Positions 1-11,543 of a stretch of DNA of 64,000 bases are shown in pieces (position 1 is the first letter of the stretch; the number at the start of each line of letters is the position of its first letter). The stretch is from Octopus sinensis (taxonomy: Eukaryota). A program made the position numbers and the translations under genes. The stretch is from contig NC_042998.1 in the NCBI RefSeq assembly GCF_006345805.1, forward strand, positions 110,298,001 through 110,362,000, written 5' to 3'. The notes beneath the pieces were generated by a model that made no database searches, had not been told where the DNA came from, and worked only from the letters and a program-made list of their open reading frames with translations.

Positions 1-26
1 TGATGAATTTCTTTACTGTTGAGTGG

Positions 27-63
27 TCAAGGTTTAATAATGCGGACAGCCTTGATTATATCT
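27..63 (-). CDS. Candidate terminal coding exon of an unidentified minus-strand gene (K-DIIKAVRIIKP-stop)
   Basis: Minus strand: acceptor ttaacaatttcag, then A GAT ATA ATC AAG GCT GTC CGC ATT ATT AAA CCT TGA. The phase matches the candidate exon at 1145-1178. No homology recognised. Confidence 0.3.
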
Positions 64-1144
64 CTGAAATTGTTAAGCTTGAAATATGATATATGATACA
101 TTTATTATAACATGGCTTTAAAATGATATTACTTATTTCTATTCATAATAACTTTAAGGTTTTTTTTGTTAGACAGAATTACATATAAAGTGCGACGGAA
201 TGTTTTTCTAATCTTTTTTTCTTTTTGCATATTTGAAATTAAAAATGTTCCACACTGTCAATAGTGAGATTACTTTCATTGCATAAAGTGAAAGAATGCT
301 TCCAATAAATAATCATTATTCAGCGCTGTTATCGATTAATTCGATTATTTCTACCCATCGTACCACTGATTCTATGCCTGTGTAAGAATTTATTATTAAG
401 CGTGTGTTGGTAGAGGTATCGTCGTGTTTTTTAGTGGTAATTTTTTTTTTAAATGTGTTATCGAATATTAATTGCTGAAGACAACCCCACCTACAAAAAA
501 AAAAGAAACTACGGGAAATGGAGTTAAAATCATAATTTGTGAAAGTTTTGTTTTATTTTTTGTTTTATAAACTACTATGTTCAAAACATAATTCAGAAAA
601 CAATTTTAAAGGTCAGAAATGAAAAAAAATCCGACCTTAATGGAGAAATTTGAGGGTGAGAAACGAAACGGAAAAATATTTAAAATATCATCATCGTAAT
701 TTTCGGTTTAAAAAAATGATTCAAGGCAAAATTATAGAAAAGAATGACAAAATTAAAATTAGATAAAGTTTTAAGGAAGGGTTGTGGCAAAGAATTGAAA
801 TATTACAATTTTCTTTTTACAAGCTCGTAATCTCCAAAGCATAAGCCATAGAAATCCGTATAAATTTTGAATGAATAAATAGATAAATGAATAAATAACT
901 AAATAAATTAAATGTTACGGAAGGGGCGTGTGCTAATTCCGAATTTCCATCCTCACTTTCTGAATATACTTTCCTGTTCATTTATCAGTTTGTTCTCTGC
1001 AGTTTTAGCGTTATACACTGTTTGTTTCCGATCCTTTCCATGACACCATTATCGTCACTTCTATCAACCATATAATTCTCAAATCAATTCATTCAGCATT
1101 AGTGATGTGAACATGTTTTCTCTATTAACTCTTTAAGCCCTTAC

Positions 1145-1178
1145 TTTTGTAAAGTCAATAGTCGTTCTTTCTGCTCTG
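1145..1178 (-). CDS. Candidate 34-nt internal exon (xEQKERLLTLQK)
   Basis: Minus strand: pyrimidine-rich acceptor tttctcttccttgtttag and donor AAAA|gtaagg. The open frame ends in phase 2, compatible with the exon at 27-63. Confidence 0.3.
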
Positions 1179-1575
1179 CTAAACAAGGAAGAGAAATATA
1201 ACTTCCCGATTACAAAATACTGCCAAATGGAATTGCGTTGTCAGATGCAGCTAGGATCACGAAAACATTTCACAAGTAAAAAAAAAATCACTGAGAGATC
1301 TCTAGCGGTAATGGTTAAAAGAACCGATTAGCAACAAGTACAGAACAACCTGTCGAATATTACACAAGAAATACATCTTTCCGTATCTGGCACGTCTTTT
1401 AATAAACTAGACAAATTTAGTAAAGCTTTTGGATCTGAACACTGAGATGCAATGTCCCTCACATAACCCGCTGTATGTAACCTACTGAGCAGTAAACCGC
1501 AAGAATTTTCAGCAGAGAGTAAACTGCATCTCAGATTAACTTAATATCAGCTGAACAAAGAAGCACACCCACCCC

Positions 1576-1621
<46 letters not shown>

Positions 1622-1623
1622 AT

Positions 1624-1885
1624 TACCATTTTTCTTTCATGATCTCTGATAACTATATCTGGCTTATTGGCCTTAATTTCTCTGTGTTTTGGCATATCTC
1701 ATAACATTGTTCCTTTCCCATTTTCTGTGACCTTTTCTGGCGTATGCCTATACTATCTTTTTCTGTTGTTATTCCATAGCGTTGGCATAGCATCCGGTGT
1801 ATCTAGGTCCCAACTCTGTCGTGTTTCTGAATATATTCCTTCTTAGGAGCCAGAGAAATATGATTTATTGTTTCTTGTCCATCTC

Positions 1886-1886
<1 letters not shown>
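1624..1886 (-). mobile_element. R4/Dong-like non-LTR retrotransposon fragment (zinc-knuckle/RLE region)
   Basis: Minus-strand translation with frameshifts: GQETINHI..KEYIQKHDRVG..IHRMLCQRYGI..DMPKHREIKANKPDIVIRDHERK. The upstream boundary abuts (TAA)n. Confidence 0.8.

Positions 1887-1934
<48 letters not shown>
1887..1934. repeat. (TTA)n microsatellite
   Basis: Pure TTA run. Confidence 0.97.
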
Positions 1935-2487
1935 GAGTGAGAGAGCAGTGCATGCCATCAAAGTGACACTGGGGTAAAATATACAAAGCCCAATATACCA
2001 TCATGACTACCCGTCTGATAAAGGTACACCAGGTACATGCATCACAACCATATGTGCGCGACATGGTGATCTCATATCATGATAAACAGCACATGACCTT
2101 GCAGGTGGGGCCCAGTTAGAATTTTCTTCAGGTTGAGTAGCCCATCCCGCTCAAAAGGTCCCTGAATAAGGGTTGTTTAAGGATGTTGAAAGAACCACCC
2201 ATGTTTCCAGAGGTGAATTATTCAAACCCCCAACAATCCCTCTCAACACATGGCTATGATGCTCCCCCACTACTTCTGCTCGTGATCAGAGATGCACATA
2301 ACGTCAGCCACTAAGGGACATGCTCAACTGGTTAAGGTCAAACAACTGACAAGCAAATCTGTGGTATTGAGCAGAATATTTGCTGTAGCCCATCTTTTAT
2401 ACCAAGACAAAACAATGTACATGATAACACTTCCAATCAGTTAAGATCAGAAGCCATGAGAGCCACTGCCTGGTACTGCATCAGGGC

Positions 2488-2489
<2 letters not shown>
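1935..2489. mobile_element. ~555-bp non-coding interspersed element inserted in a (TTA)n tract
   Basis: Complex sequence, richer in GC than its flanks, with no ORF and sharp boundaries against TTA runs on both sides. Resembles a common octopus repeat (from memory, unverified). Confidence 0.6.

Positions 2490-2542
<53 letters not shown>
2490..2542. repeat. (TTA)n microsatellite, 3' tail/target of the adjacent Dong-like element
   Basis: Pure TTA run directly after the 3' UTR of the minus-strand LINE. Confidence 0.95.
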
Positions 2543-5500
2543 TACTTTTAACCTACATGTTTGTTAAAATTCCTTGCCGAGACATATCGAGCGTCCTAGA
2601 GCGAGTGAAGGATAAGAGATATTACAAAATGATTGAAAGCTTGGGGAGAGGAAGTGGCAGGAGCAGAAACGAAATACCTTCATTTAATTCAATACAGACA
2701 TTTACATTGATTGGGTTTTTCAAAGTATATGAGCAGTACTTGTCAGCGCAGTCTTTTGGATTTCTCTGAGACATGGTTCTCCTGGGATATTATCTAGTTG
2801 TTTCTGACATCCCTTTCCTATCATATCTAGGGCACCCACAATAACAGTTCTCGCTTTAAGGTTCCACATCTTATGTATTCTGGTCCTTATATTTACTTAA
2901 TTTGTCAAATTTCTTTACAAATATAATTTTATCAGTGGGAACACTAACATCTATTGGCCTACAAGTATTTTCTTCCCCGTCTTTAATGACTATGTCTGCT
3001 CCATTAGCCTTGATCGTTCTGTCAGTGTTGACTGGAAACTCCCAGAAGATAGTAACAATTTTACATTGAACGACTGGCTCCACTAAGCAGGAGTGCTGAC
3101 TTTGTATTGTTTACATATTTTCCAATGTAAATACTGTCCTTTCCTATCGTGGCGACTTTTGTATTCGTTTGGTGTCAGCACAAGACATCCGAAGATGAGA
3201 TGGTCTATTGTTTCATCAATTTTATCTCAGTATATGCATTTAGAGTCAGAACCGTTTTGAAGAGTGTTAGCCAGGTAGGTATTGGTCAGCCGGGTAGATT
3301 TTGATCTTGTGCCGCTAATATGAAACTTTCAGCCTCTGCTTTCAGTCCTGAGCTTTTCAGCCGCTGATGGACTGTTGCTTGGTCTTCATCAGCATTTCGG
3401 CTTCGAAATATATACTTTCCATGCAGAGACTTTTGGCTTCATCGCTCCTCAATATGTTTCAGCCCGTTCCTTTTTGCTGTCTCTTTGATCAGTTTTGCTT
3501 GTTTGTTGGCTGTGGTTTCAGGTTCCTCTTCTAATTCAGGGTTAATTACGAATTTCCTTGCGAATTTGCAAGCTTCCTTGACCATAGAATGTGATCTTTT
3601 GCTGCTCTCGCGCTTGCACACAAAAGCCGCAGCATAGAGTCCTCTGTACTAGATAAGAGCTTGTTCATTGTTATTGTGGAGGTCTTAAGCACAGTCCTAC
3701 CTGCATCATTCCTCTTGCCCCATCACGTTTAGGTAGGTACAAATGATCGACGTCTGCTTTTGGGTGGTGTATGTTTTTAGATGTTAGTAGCCTTCATTGC
3801 TTCCTCTTCAGGCGTTGGAGTTAATGATGTTAAAACTGTATCGGACTACTGGAAGTGCCAAATTGTTAATGGCTTTGATGCAAGTTTTGGAGTTGAGTTC
3901 AGTGTTTAGTATGAGTCTTAATCTCTTTTAATACGCCTTTCGTATTTTCCTTCATAGTAACACATTGTATACCCCCGCCTTCGTTTGTTCCCAGGTATTT
4001 GTAGCTTTCTTGTGGGTAAAGCTCCTTGATGGTAGTGTCGGTATTTAATTTAATGGAAGCTCTGTTTGAGCTTACCTCTTACACACGTTGCTTTAGCATA
4101 TTTATCAAGGCCAAAATCCATCCCGATGTATTTACTGATTTCTTTAATAGTTAATAGCCCTACTAGCCCATCGTCACTTTTAGCAAGCAGCTTCAGATCG
4201 TCCATATAAAATAGATGGTTTACTATAATATCATACACTTTGAACCCATACCTGGTGTTACTCAGTTCATTTAAGAGTGGGATCAGTACCATGCAAAAGA
4301 GTATGGGGAGAGGGAGTCAACTTAGAAGATAGCTCGTTTGATGTTGATGTTGTAAGATTGGCTCATCCCATTACTATGCTGTAGAAGGAGACGTGTATTC
4401 CACTTAACCATGCTATCTTGTAAGAATTTGGACACGACAGTAGAAATCTTATATATCTTAAGGTCTTTGAAATTATGTGGGACACTATCAAACGCTTTCC
4501 TGTAGTCTACCCATGCCATACTCAGGATCTACGTGTTTCTCCGGCAATTCTCTACAATAATTATATTTATGAGTAATTGATCTTAGCATCCATAAGAATT
4601 CCTTTACCAACCTTTTTGAGCTTGTGGAAGGATAGAGTTCTGTTCAAGGAACGTGTGTGTTCTTTCAGTATCGATGTGAGGAACTTGTTGGCAGTGTTAA
4701 AACATGTTATTGGTCGGTAGTTCTTTGGACTTTTCGTGTCTCCAGTTTTTGGTGGCAGGTATGTTGTTCCTTCGGTCAGCCAGGCAGATATTTTCTCTGG
4801 GTTCTGGATGACATCAGTTAGTGATACAGCAAAATATTGGTGTACTTGTGTCAAACAATTCAGCCAGAAACTAGGGATCCGGTCCAGTCCTGGGGCTTTC
4901 CATTTGTGAGACTTTCTAAGAACATATCTTAGTTCTTCTACTCCTATTGCCTCCCATTTCTGCTCTTCAATTTCATCCAGTCTCAGTTTCTCACGTTCTA
5001 TCCAGTGAGCTTCAGCATTATATTCTTTTTTGTTGCTCTATGTATTCTTCTAGAACTCTTTCGCTTCCTTAGGCTTAGGTGGCTCCTTTACTTCTATCTT
5101 GCTTTTGCCAGTTTTCCTATATAATTTCTTTGCATCCATTTCGAATACCTTATTTTGTAGATAAAATTTGATTTTTTTGTCATGCCTTCTGAGACGTTGG
5201 ACTTTCAGTTGTATTCGTTGTTTCCCTAATTCCTTGGTTGCAGGGAGGTTTATAAAATCCTTGATTTAATATTTCTGCTTGATTTTTCTGGCTTGTTTCG
5301 TCTTAACATTTACTCCTTCAGTAAGGTCATCGAAAACTGATACATCCGCCTGCAAAAATTCGATCTCTTTTTGTATTGCTACTCTCCACTTGGCCGGTCT
5401 ATTGACATGGTTAGTCCATTTTTTGTGTCTCCCTGATACTTTTGCAGTGGAATAGATAAGGTTGTTTAAGGTCATTTCCTTTATTTTTTTAAATCTAAAA

Positions 5501-5905
5501 AGAACGTCATATGTCATAGTTGTGTTCTTATTTTTTATGCTGTTTGAGAACTTTGGTAGCGGTTCTCTATTGATCATGCCAGTAAATTCAGTCCTGCTGA
5601 GTTCTCTCATAATAACTTATTTTGCTTTTATGATATCTTTGTTATTCACCTCAAATTCTGTGTCATATCTATTTTCGTGTTCTTGAGGTAGGTCTATTTT
5701 CTCCTCTGTTTATACAATGAAGTTATTGTTTGGGTTTAGTTGGGCTGTATAGAAAGTTTTCAACACGTTTCTATAATCCTGTATGTGTTTTGCTTTAGGT
5801 AGTGTCACTGTTGGTTTAGGGTTAGGGTTAGGGTTATTTGAAAGTATGTTCCAGCAGTAGATCTTTCGACCCCAGATGTTTCCCCACTGGGTAACGCAGC
5901 CCTTG
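2543..5905 (-). mobile_element. Near full-length, decayed R4/Dong-clade LINE (RT plus restriction-like endonuclease)
   Basis: Frameshifted motifs in the correct order on the minus strand: KNYRPITC (4567-4854), AWVDYRKAFDSVPH (4322-4519), NHLFYMDDLKL (4050-4292), ADIVIKD..IDVSVPTD..DKLSKYKD (2871-3083), REIQKTALTSTAHIL, then 3' UTR and (TAA)n. Confidence 0.92.
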
Positions 5906-8900
5906 TCTACCACCACCACCACTACCACCACCATCATCATCATGTTCCTTTTTGTCGTCGTCGTCGACATCATCATATTTCTTTTAATTAACTGAATAAT
6001 TTGATCATATTATATCGCATCGGTGCTTTGGCGCAATTACTCCATCTGCTAGAGGTCGCAATCAAAGTCATTATAATCACATCCATCTCTTTTAAATAAA
6101 ATTTAATGATTAAAAGTTATGATTACTACCATTCACTCGTATATGAAACAACAAAAGAAAAAAATATCTCAAAGAATAACATGAAAAATAATGCCAAGAT
6201 TGGGAATCCTGGATATTTAAACCAGGAATCGAAGTAGATTTTCGTAGAAAAAGAAATTGTTCCGGGTGATTATTTTGAAATTCTTCCAAATGAATAAACT
6301 GAAAAGTAATTCAACTTTAATAGGAAAATTCCCGTTTCGTTATTACGAAACGGATGTGCAGTAAGCTAAATCAGACATTCCATTGAATATAAAGTCATCG
6401 TTCGATTTATTAAAATAGTTTGACAGTAACATTGAAGCCTTTAGAATAAACAACAAAAAATGAAACTTTTAACAAGATATATTCAAAGTGGAATTATTAT
6501 GACATTCATATATATGACTTGCATTTTAGAATGAAGAGGGCCGTCCTATATCTTTATCCACAAAAAATACATGATTGTGCTTATCTCCACCATTATTAGA
6601 TTTTTGTCTTCAGTCTTTTTACTATGTTACAGTGTCCTTAACTTAGTTTATTTCCCCTGTATTTCTTTCCCCCTTTCTTTCCTCTTTCCTATTTTCCGAC
6701 ATTTTTTCCGACATTACTTTTTTCCATTCTCTGCTCTTTCCTCCTTTTATTTTGGTTTACGATGTGTCTTTTATTATCTAACACGTTTTTTCCCCTCTAG
6801 TTTCTTTCTCCGCTGTCTCTCTCTCTTACATTTTATCTTTGTCTTTCTGTATATGAGAGACAAAATTAAAGAAATAAAGGAATTTAAGAACGTGGTAGAT
6901 AATGAAAGTCAAATAGAAAATCAGAGCTCAACACGCACACATACAAGGAGCACACACATACAAGCAACACACTCACACACACACACGCACACGCGCACAA
7001 GCTCACAGGCATAGACATAGATTCATTGATAATGGCGGATGTATATATATCACATGATCTTATAAAGGCAACATTTATATATATGCCTTTGTGTCTGTAC
7101 ATGTATATGTTCATACATTTCTTTAACGATGCCTGTCGTCCCTTCTACGAGTTGTTTATGTCTGTTGATTTCATTGCTTGTTCCCTCTCTCTATTCATCT
7201 GTCTTTCACAATCGATTGATATATTTGTTTATTCATCACAAAGAGATTTCAACGAATATAACTTGGTTTTATGTAGTGGCGAATAGTTTAAACTACCAAT
7301 ATATTATACAGCAAAAGTATGATACATCATCATCATTAAAATTGAAAGGAAAACCTCGGTATGGTGCAGTATTTTTTTTGTGAGATCATATGAAATAAAT
7401 TTGTTTCACTGGTGATACGCTTAGTGGGGAGATTTTCCATATCATTACGTGTTTGTTCACTGCCTATAACGGAGTCCACTCTGTTGCACTGCCATAGTCA
7501 TTCTGAATAGGTCTATGAGCTGATGCTTCTTTCACAGTTATAAGAATGCTGCTCTGCAATCTGCGACTCTAAAATGTAAATTGAATTATTGAATTAGATT
7601 TAAATGGAAGTTATTGTGATCATGGAAGCATTTCAGAGGGGACTTACATTTTAATTAAATGCAAAGAATGCAGCGTCATATAAGTTGAGCTATTGAGAGA
7701 TTACTCGTGCGGTAATTTGACTTGAAAAAATACTAGCATTTTAAAATAACACTAAGGAAAGATACAATGAGTAATGCAAATGTTGAAGGACTATGTTTTG
7801 ATGAGAGACGGTGTGGAGTGAGTTAAAGAGCTTTTTTTCTTTTTTATTGTATACCCGCCTAATCTGATCTGGAATAAGCAACCACAGCAACAAGATGATA
7901 AAAACGGAGTGTAATAATGTTGTTAAACACTAGAGTATTGACGAATGTTTATCTATCAACAGGCTTGGTGAATGGTAATAGTTTTTCTTTCAGTTTAGAG
8001 GTAAAGATTTGTAGTTCGAATGTAATCTAGTACAATTTACATCTTATGAACAATACAAGCAATAGGGTTCGAAGATCCAGAATCCTTACCGTATTGGAGA
8101 GGTAGATATTAAAAAAGCATATCTCTGTCAGAAGAGTTTAACAGTCCAATAATTAAAAATGTGTTAAAAAGTAACCTCAGCGTTTGAATACCTAACATTT
8201 GTTAAGTACCCAGAATATTGTGTGAAACGTCGAGTCAGAGTTAAGGGTTGAAATATCCATTGTTGTTATACACGTGGTTTTAGAGTCTTTTCTACTCCTC
8301 CATAAATCTTCGGCCAATGCCTTCTATCATAGCCTCTCTAGTTAACGAAAGAAATGTGCGTAGATGGAAACTTTGTTGCTCGGTGCAACACAACAACCTA
8401 ATCTTTAAACCTAACGAGAAAATTTGGAAATATATTTCCAATTATTTTAACGAGGTGTTCGTTTGTGGTGGTTTCAAGAAACAACTTTATCCTATTAATT
8501 TCAAGCGCAAAAGTGTGGAGAATTGATTTAGCATATTGGTTGAGAAACCCCACCACTTTCATTAAAAGCAGCCACGCCTTTACGCAGAATCTTCTGTACA
8601 CGTTAAAATAATGTTACATTATCTTATTCTGTAACTCCTAAATTTGATTAAAATATTATATTTTCGAAAGTTGTTTGATTAACATGTAGTAACGATAATA
8701 CAACTGGTTGCTGGCTGTAGTTATAATGCAAATTGCTACTATGTTAATAGCAATAATTGCCCAGTACGTGAAAATTATTAAATTAATGATTTAGGATGTA
8801 AATGTACGGTAAACACACGCATGACTAATAGAATTTATATCAATTTAACAGTCAATATACTTAAGTCTAGATTTCATACATACTCATTTGTTTTGGAACT

Positions 8901-9499
8901 TAGATAGAACAAATACAACGGATATTTAGCTATATACCTGGAGCTTTAGAGTTGAGAACATAAAAATCCAGGGAAAATTGGAGTAAAGGTTAAATATATA
9001 ATAATGATAAATGACCTTGAGATTTCTGTACGATTTCAGGTTTCAATAGGAATTATGAACTAATTTTCCCTTGTGAGTATAGGACTTTTAAAGTGTACTT
9101 ATATTAAAGTTGAAGTATTTATAGAAATGGATTCAATTAACTTTTATATCTCTATACCATACTAATAGTCTATCATCGTCATTAAGATGAACTTAAAGAA
9201 ATGAGGTGGCTGTAGTGATGTTAGATTTTGGATCATTATTGCGTCTAGAATTTTGTACATGAGATTATGCTGTTATAAATCAAATTTGTTCTGAATTTTT
9301 TAATCACAAAAATGGCTCTGAAATAACTTTGCAACATTTACATATTTAAGATATTTCAGTTTCTGAAGAGCTGTTTGAATAAGCAAAGTCGTAGATGATT
9401 TGCTTAAACCATAAATCTATAAAATAATCACTCATAGATTACTGATATTTTTGAACATTTGTTTGCTTGAACTTTGGTTGAAGACATTTCCGATAGCTA

Positions 9500-9545
9500 T
9501 ATGTACACACACATACACACACACACACATATAAACACACACACA

Positions 9546-9577
<32 letters not shown>

Positions 9578-9670
9578 CACATACATACACATACACGCAC
9601 ATACACAAGCACACAGACGTATGTAATATATTTATGTATATATATATATATATATATATGTACATGTATG

Positions 9671-9703
<33 letters not shown>

Positions 9704-9725
9704 TATATATATATGTACATGCATG

Positions 9726-9769
<44 letters not shown>

Positions 9770-9800
9770 TATGTATGTATGCATCTATATATGTATGTAT
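9500..9800. repeat. Compound (CA)n/(CATA)n/(TA)n microsatellite
   Basis: Direct inspection. Confidence 0.95.
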
Positions 9801-9976
9801 ACTTGTAGTTATGTGTGCGTATGTATGTTCTTTACGTATTTATGCTGAATTAGAAGTCCTTTTAGTATTCAAATAATTTAAAATTCAATTTCTTAAGTTT
9901 GCTTGTGTATATTTTGTTTGTATATATTTCAAATGCAATCTTTGATATTTTAAAGAATATCTTTAAAGTATTGGAG

Positions 9977-10944
9977 GTGGTCTAACGAATGGGACCTGTG
10001 TCTGAACGTGTCAAAGTGCTGTCATCTGCCTGTTGGCTCTCCTCCTGCAACTCAACTTGATTTCGAGCCGGGTCGTCTGCTGCTGGAGAGGACCGATCAG
10101 GTAAAGGACCTGGGTATCTTGGTGGATGTGGTCTAACGAATGGGACCTGTGTCTGAACGTGTCAAAGTGCTGTCATCTGCCTGTTGGCTCTCCTCCTGCA
10201 ACTCAACTTGATTTCGAGCCAGGTCGTCTGCTGTTGGAGAGGACCGATCAAGTAAAGGACCTGGGTATCTTGGTGGATTCCTCCTTTTCGCCTTCGGCCC
10301 AGTGCGTCCATGCTGCCAACAAAGCACGCGGAATTCTGTTCTTGATTCGACGGTCATTGGGAATGCCCACAGCAGCCATATTCCTACCACTCTATGTCAC
10401 GCTGGTGAGACCCATATTGGAGTACGGGATTCAAGCCTCTTCTCCTTATCTCCTCAAATACATACAGCATCTCGAAAGAGTCCAGAAGCTGGCTACCCGC
10501 ATGGTTCATGGTCTCAAAAATTTGTCCTATGAAGAAAGGCTGAGGACGCTCGACCTTTATTCTCTAGAAAAACGTCGCCGCTGTGGTGATCTCATTCTCG
10601 CCCACAACATCATAAGCGGAAGGTGTAACCTCTCGAAAGAGCTGTTCTTCACTCCTGCTCCAGAGCGTCGGCTGCGGGGTCATTCCGAAAAGCTCTACCT
10701 GCGACGATTTCATCTCAATCGAAGGAGAAGAGCTTTCTCCGTCCGGGTTGCGGTTCCGTGGAATAAGCTGCTAGACGAGATGGTGAAGATGCCGACGACC
10801 GCTTTGTTCAAAGCCTCACTTGACCTCAAGTGGCCTGAACTCTTTACATGAACACCACCCTGTACTTAACTCCATGTCCCCCTACATGGCCTTGCTATTT
10901 GTTTTTGAGCCAAATTAACTAACTAACTAACTAACTAACTAACT
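9977..10944 (+). mobile_element. Young 5'-truncated CR1-clade LINE with (TAAC)n tail and a 151-bp 5' tandem duplication
   Basis: Intact 241-aa ORF 10126-10851 with CR1 RT C-terminal motifs (DLGILVD, LYVTLVRPILEY, LERVQKLATRMV, LSYEERL, LEKRR..GDLI, FSVRV..WNKL). Short 3' UTR, then (TAAC)n at 10916-10944. Confidence 0.93.
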
Positions 10945-11039
10945 TTCTGCTATATAGAGTTTAAAATAAAATATCATTATCAAGAGATAAGAAAACACTC
11001 GCTCTCACAAAATTGGCACAATATAATATCAATCCTGTC

Positions 11040-11488
11040 TAATTGTCCTTGTTTATCTTGTTGAAACGCCTAAAGTGGATCGGATGGCTCCGGGAGTGTG
11101 ATCGGTAGCTATCCTGTAAATTTTGAGCCATCGTAGTCAAATAGGAGATTACACCCGGTGGTCAATGAGTGCAGTGGGGTGGTAGGTTTGTGCTGCACAT
11201 AGGAGATCTGATAGAAGAATAGAAAGAAAGATACGAAGGGTACATTCTGAAGATCAACTGTTCTCAGCTTTTAGATGGTAAATGCTAAAGGACCTTTGAA
11301 ACACTCTGTCAATATTAACGAATGCGTGAAGGGCTTGTATATGTTATTTATGATGGAGAAGAGAAATATTACTCAAATAATCTTCATACTACACAATCAA
11401 AACACTAAAAAGTTTAAATGAAGCTCAGGACCAAGAACGCACATTGACTGGGGAAGTAACATGTGGGTCATGGAAATATAAAGCAGCA

Positions 11489-11543
<55 letters not shown>

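Noticed and set aside
1145-1178. RAERTTIDFTK resembling the ionotropic glutamate receptor motif ERxxVIDFTKP
   Set aside because: One residue short, no PF follows, and that frame does not join the neighbouring candidate exon.
5850-5910. HDV-like ribozyme at the Dong 5' end
   Set aside because: Expected from related clades, but I could not find the P1/P2/P3 nested pairings by eye; it needs an RNAmotif search.
5710-7114. Poly-Val/Met and Phe-rich ORFs
   Set aside because: Derived from (CCA)n/(CAT)n triplets and pyrimidine-rich low-complexity sequence.
10133-10532. ORFs 10133-10390 (-) and 10302-10532 (+)
   Set aside because: Shadow frames of the CR1 RT.
11490-11540. Recurrent phase flips (TATT/ATAA) within long (TA)n tracts here and elsewhere
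   Set aside because: Equally explained by slippage or consensus error in hairpin-forming tracts; not interpretable without reads.
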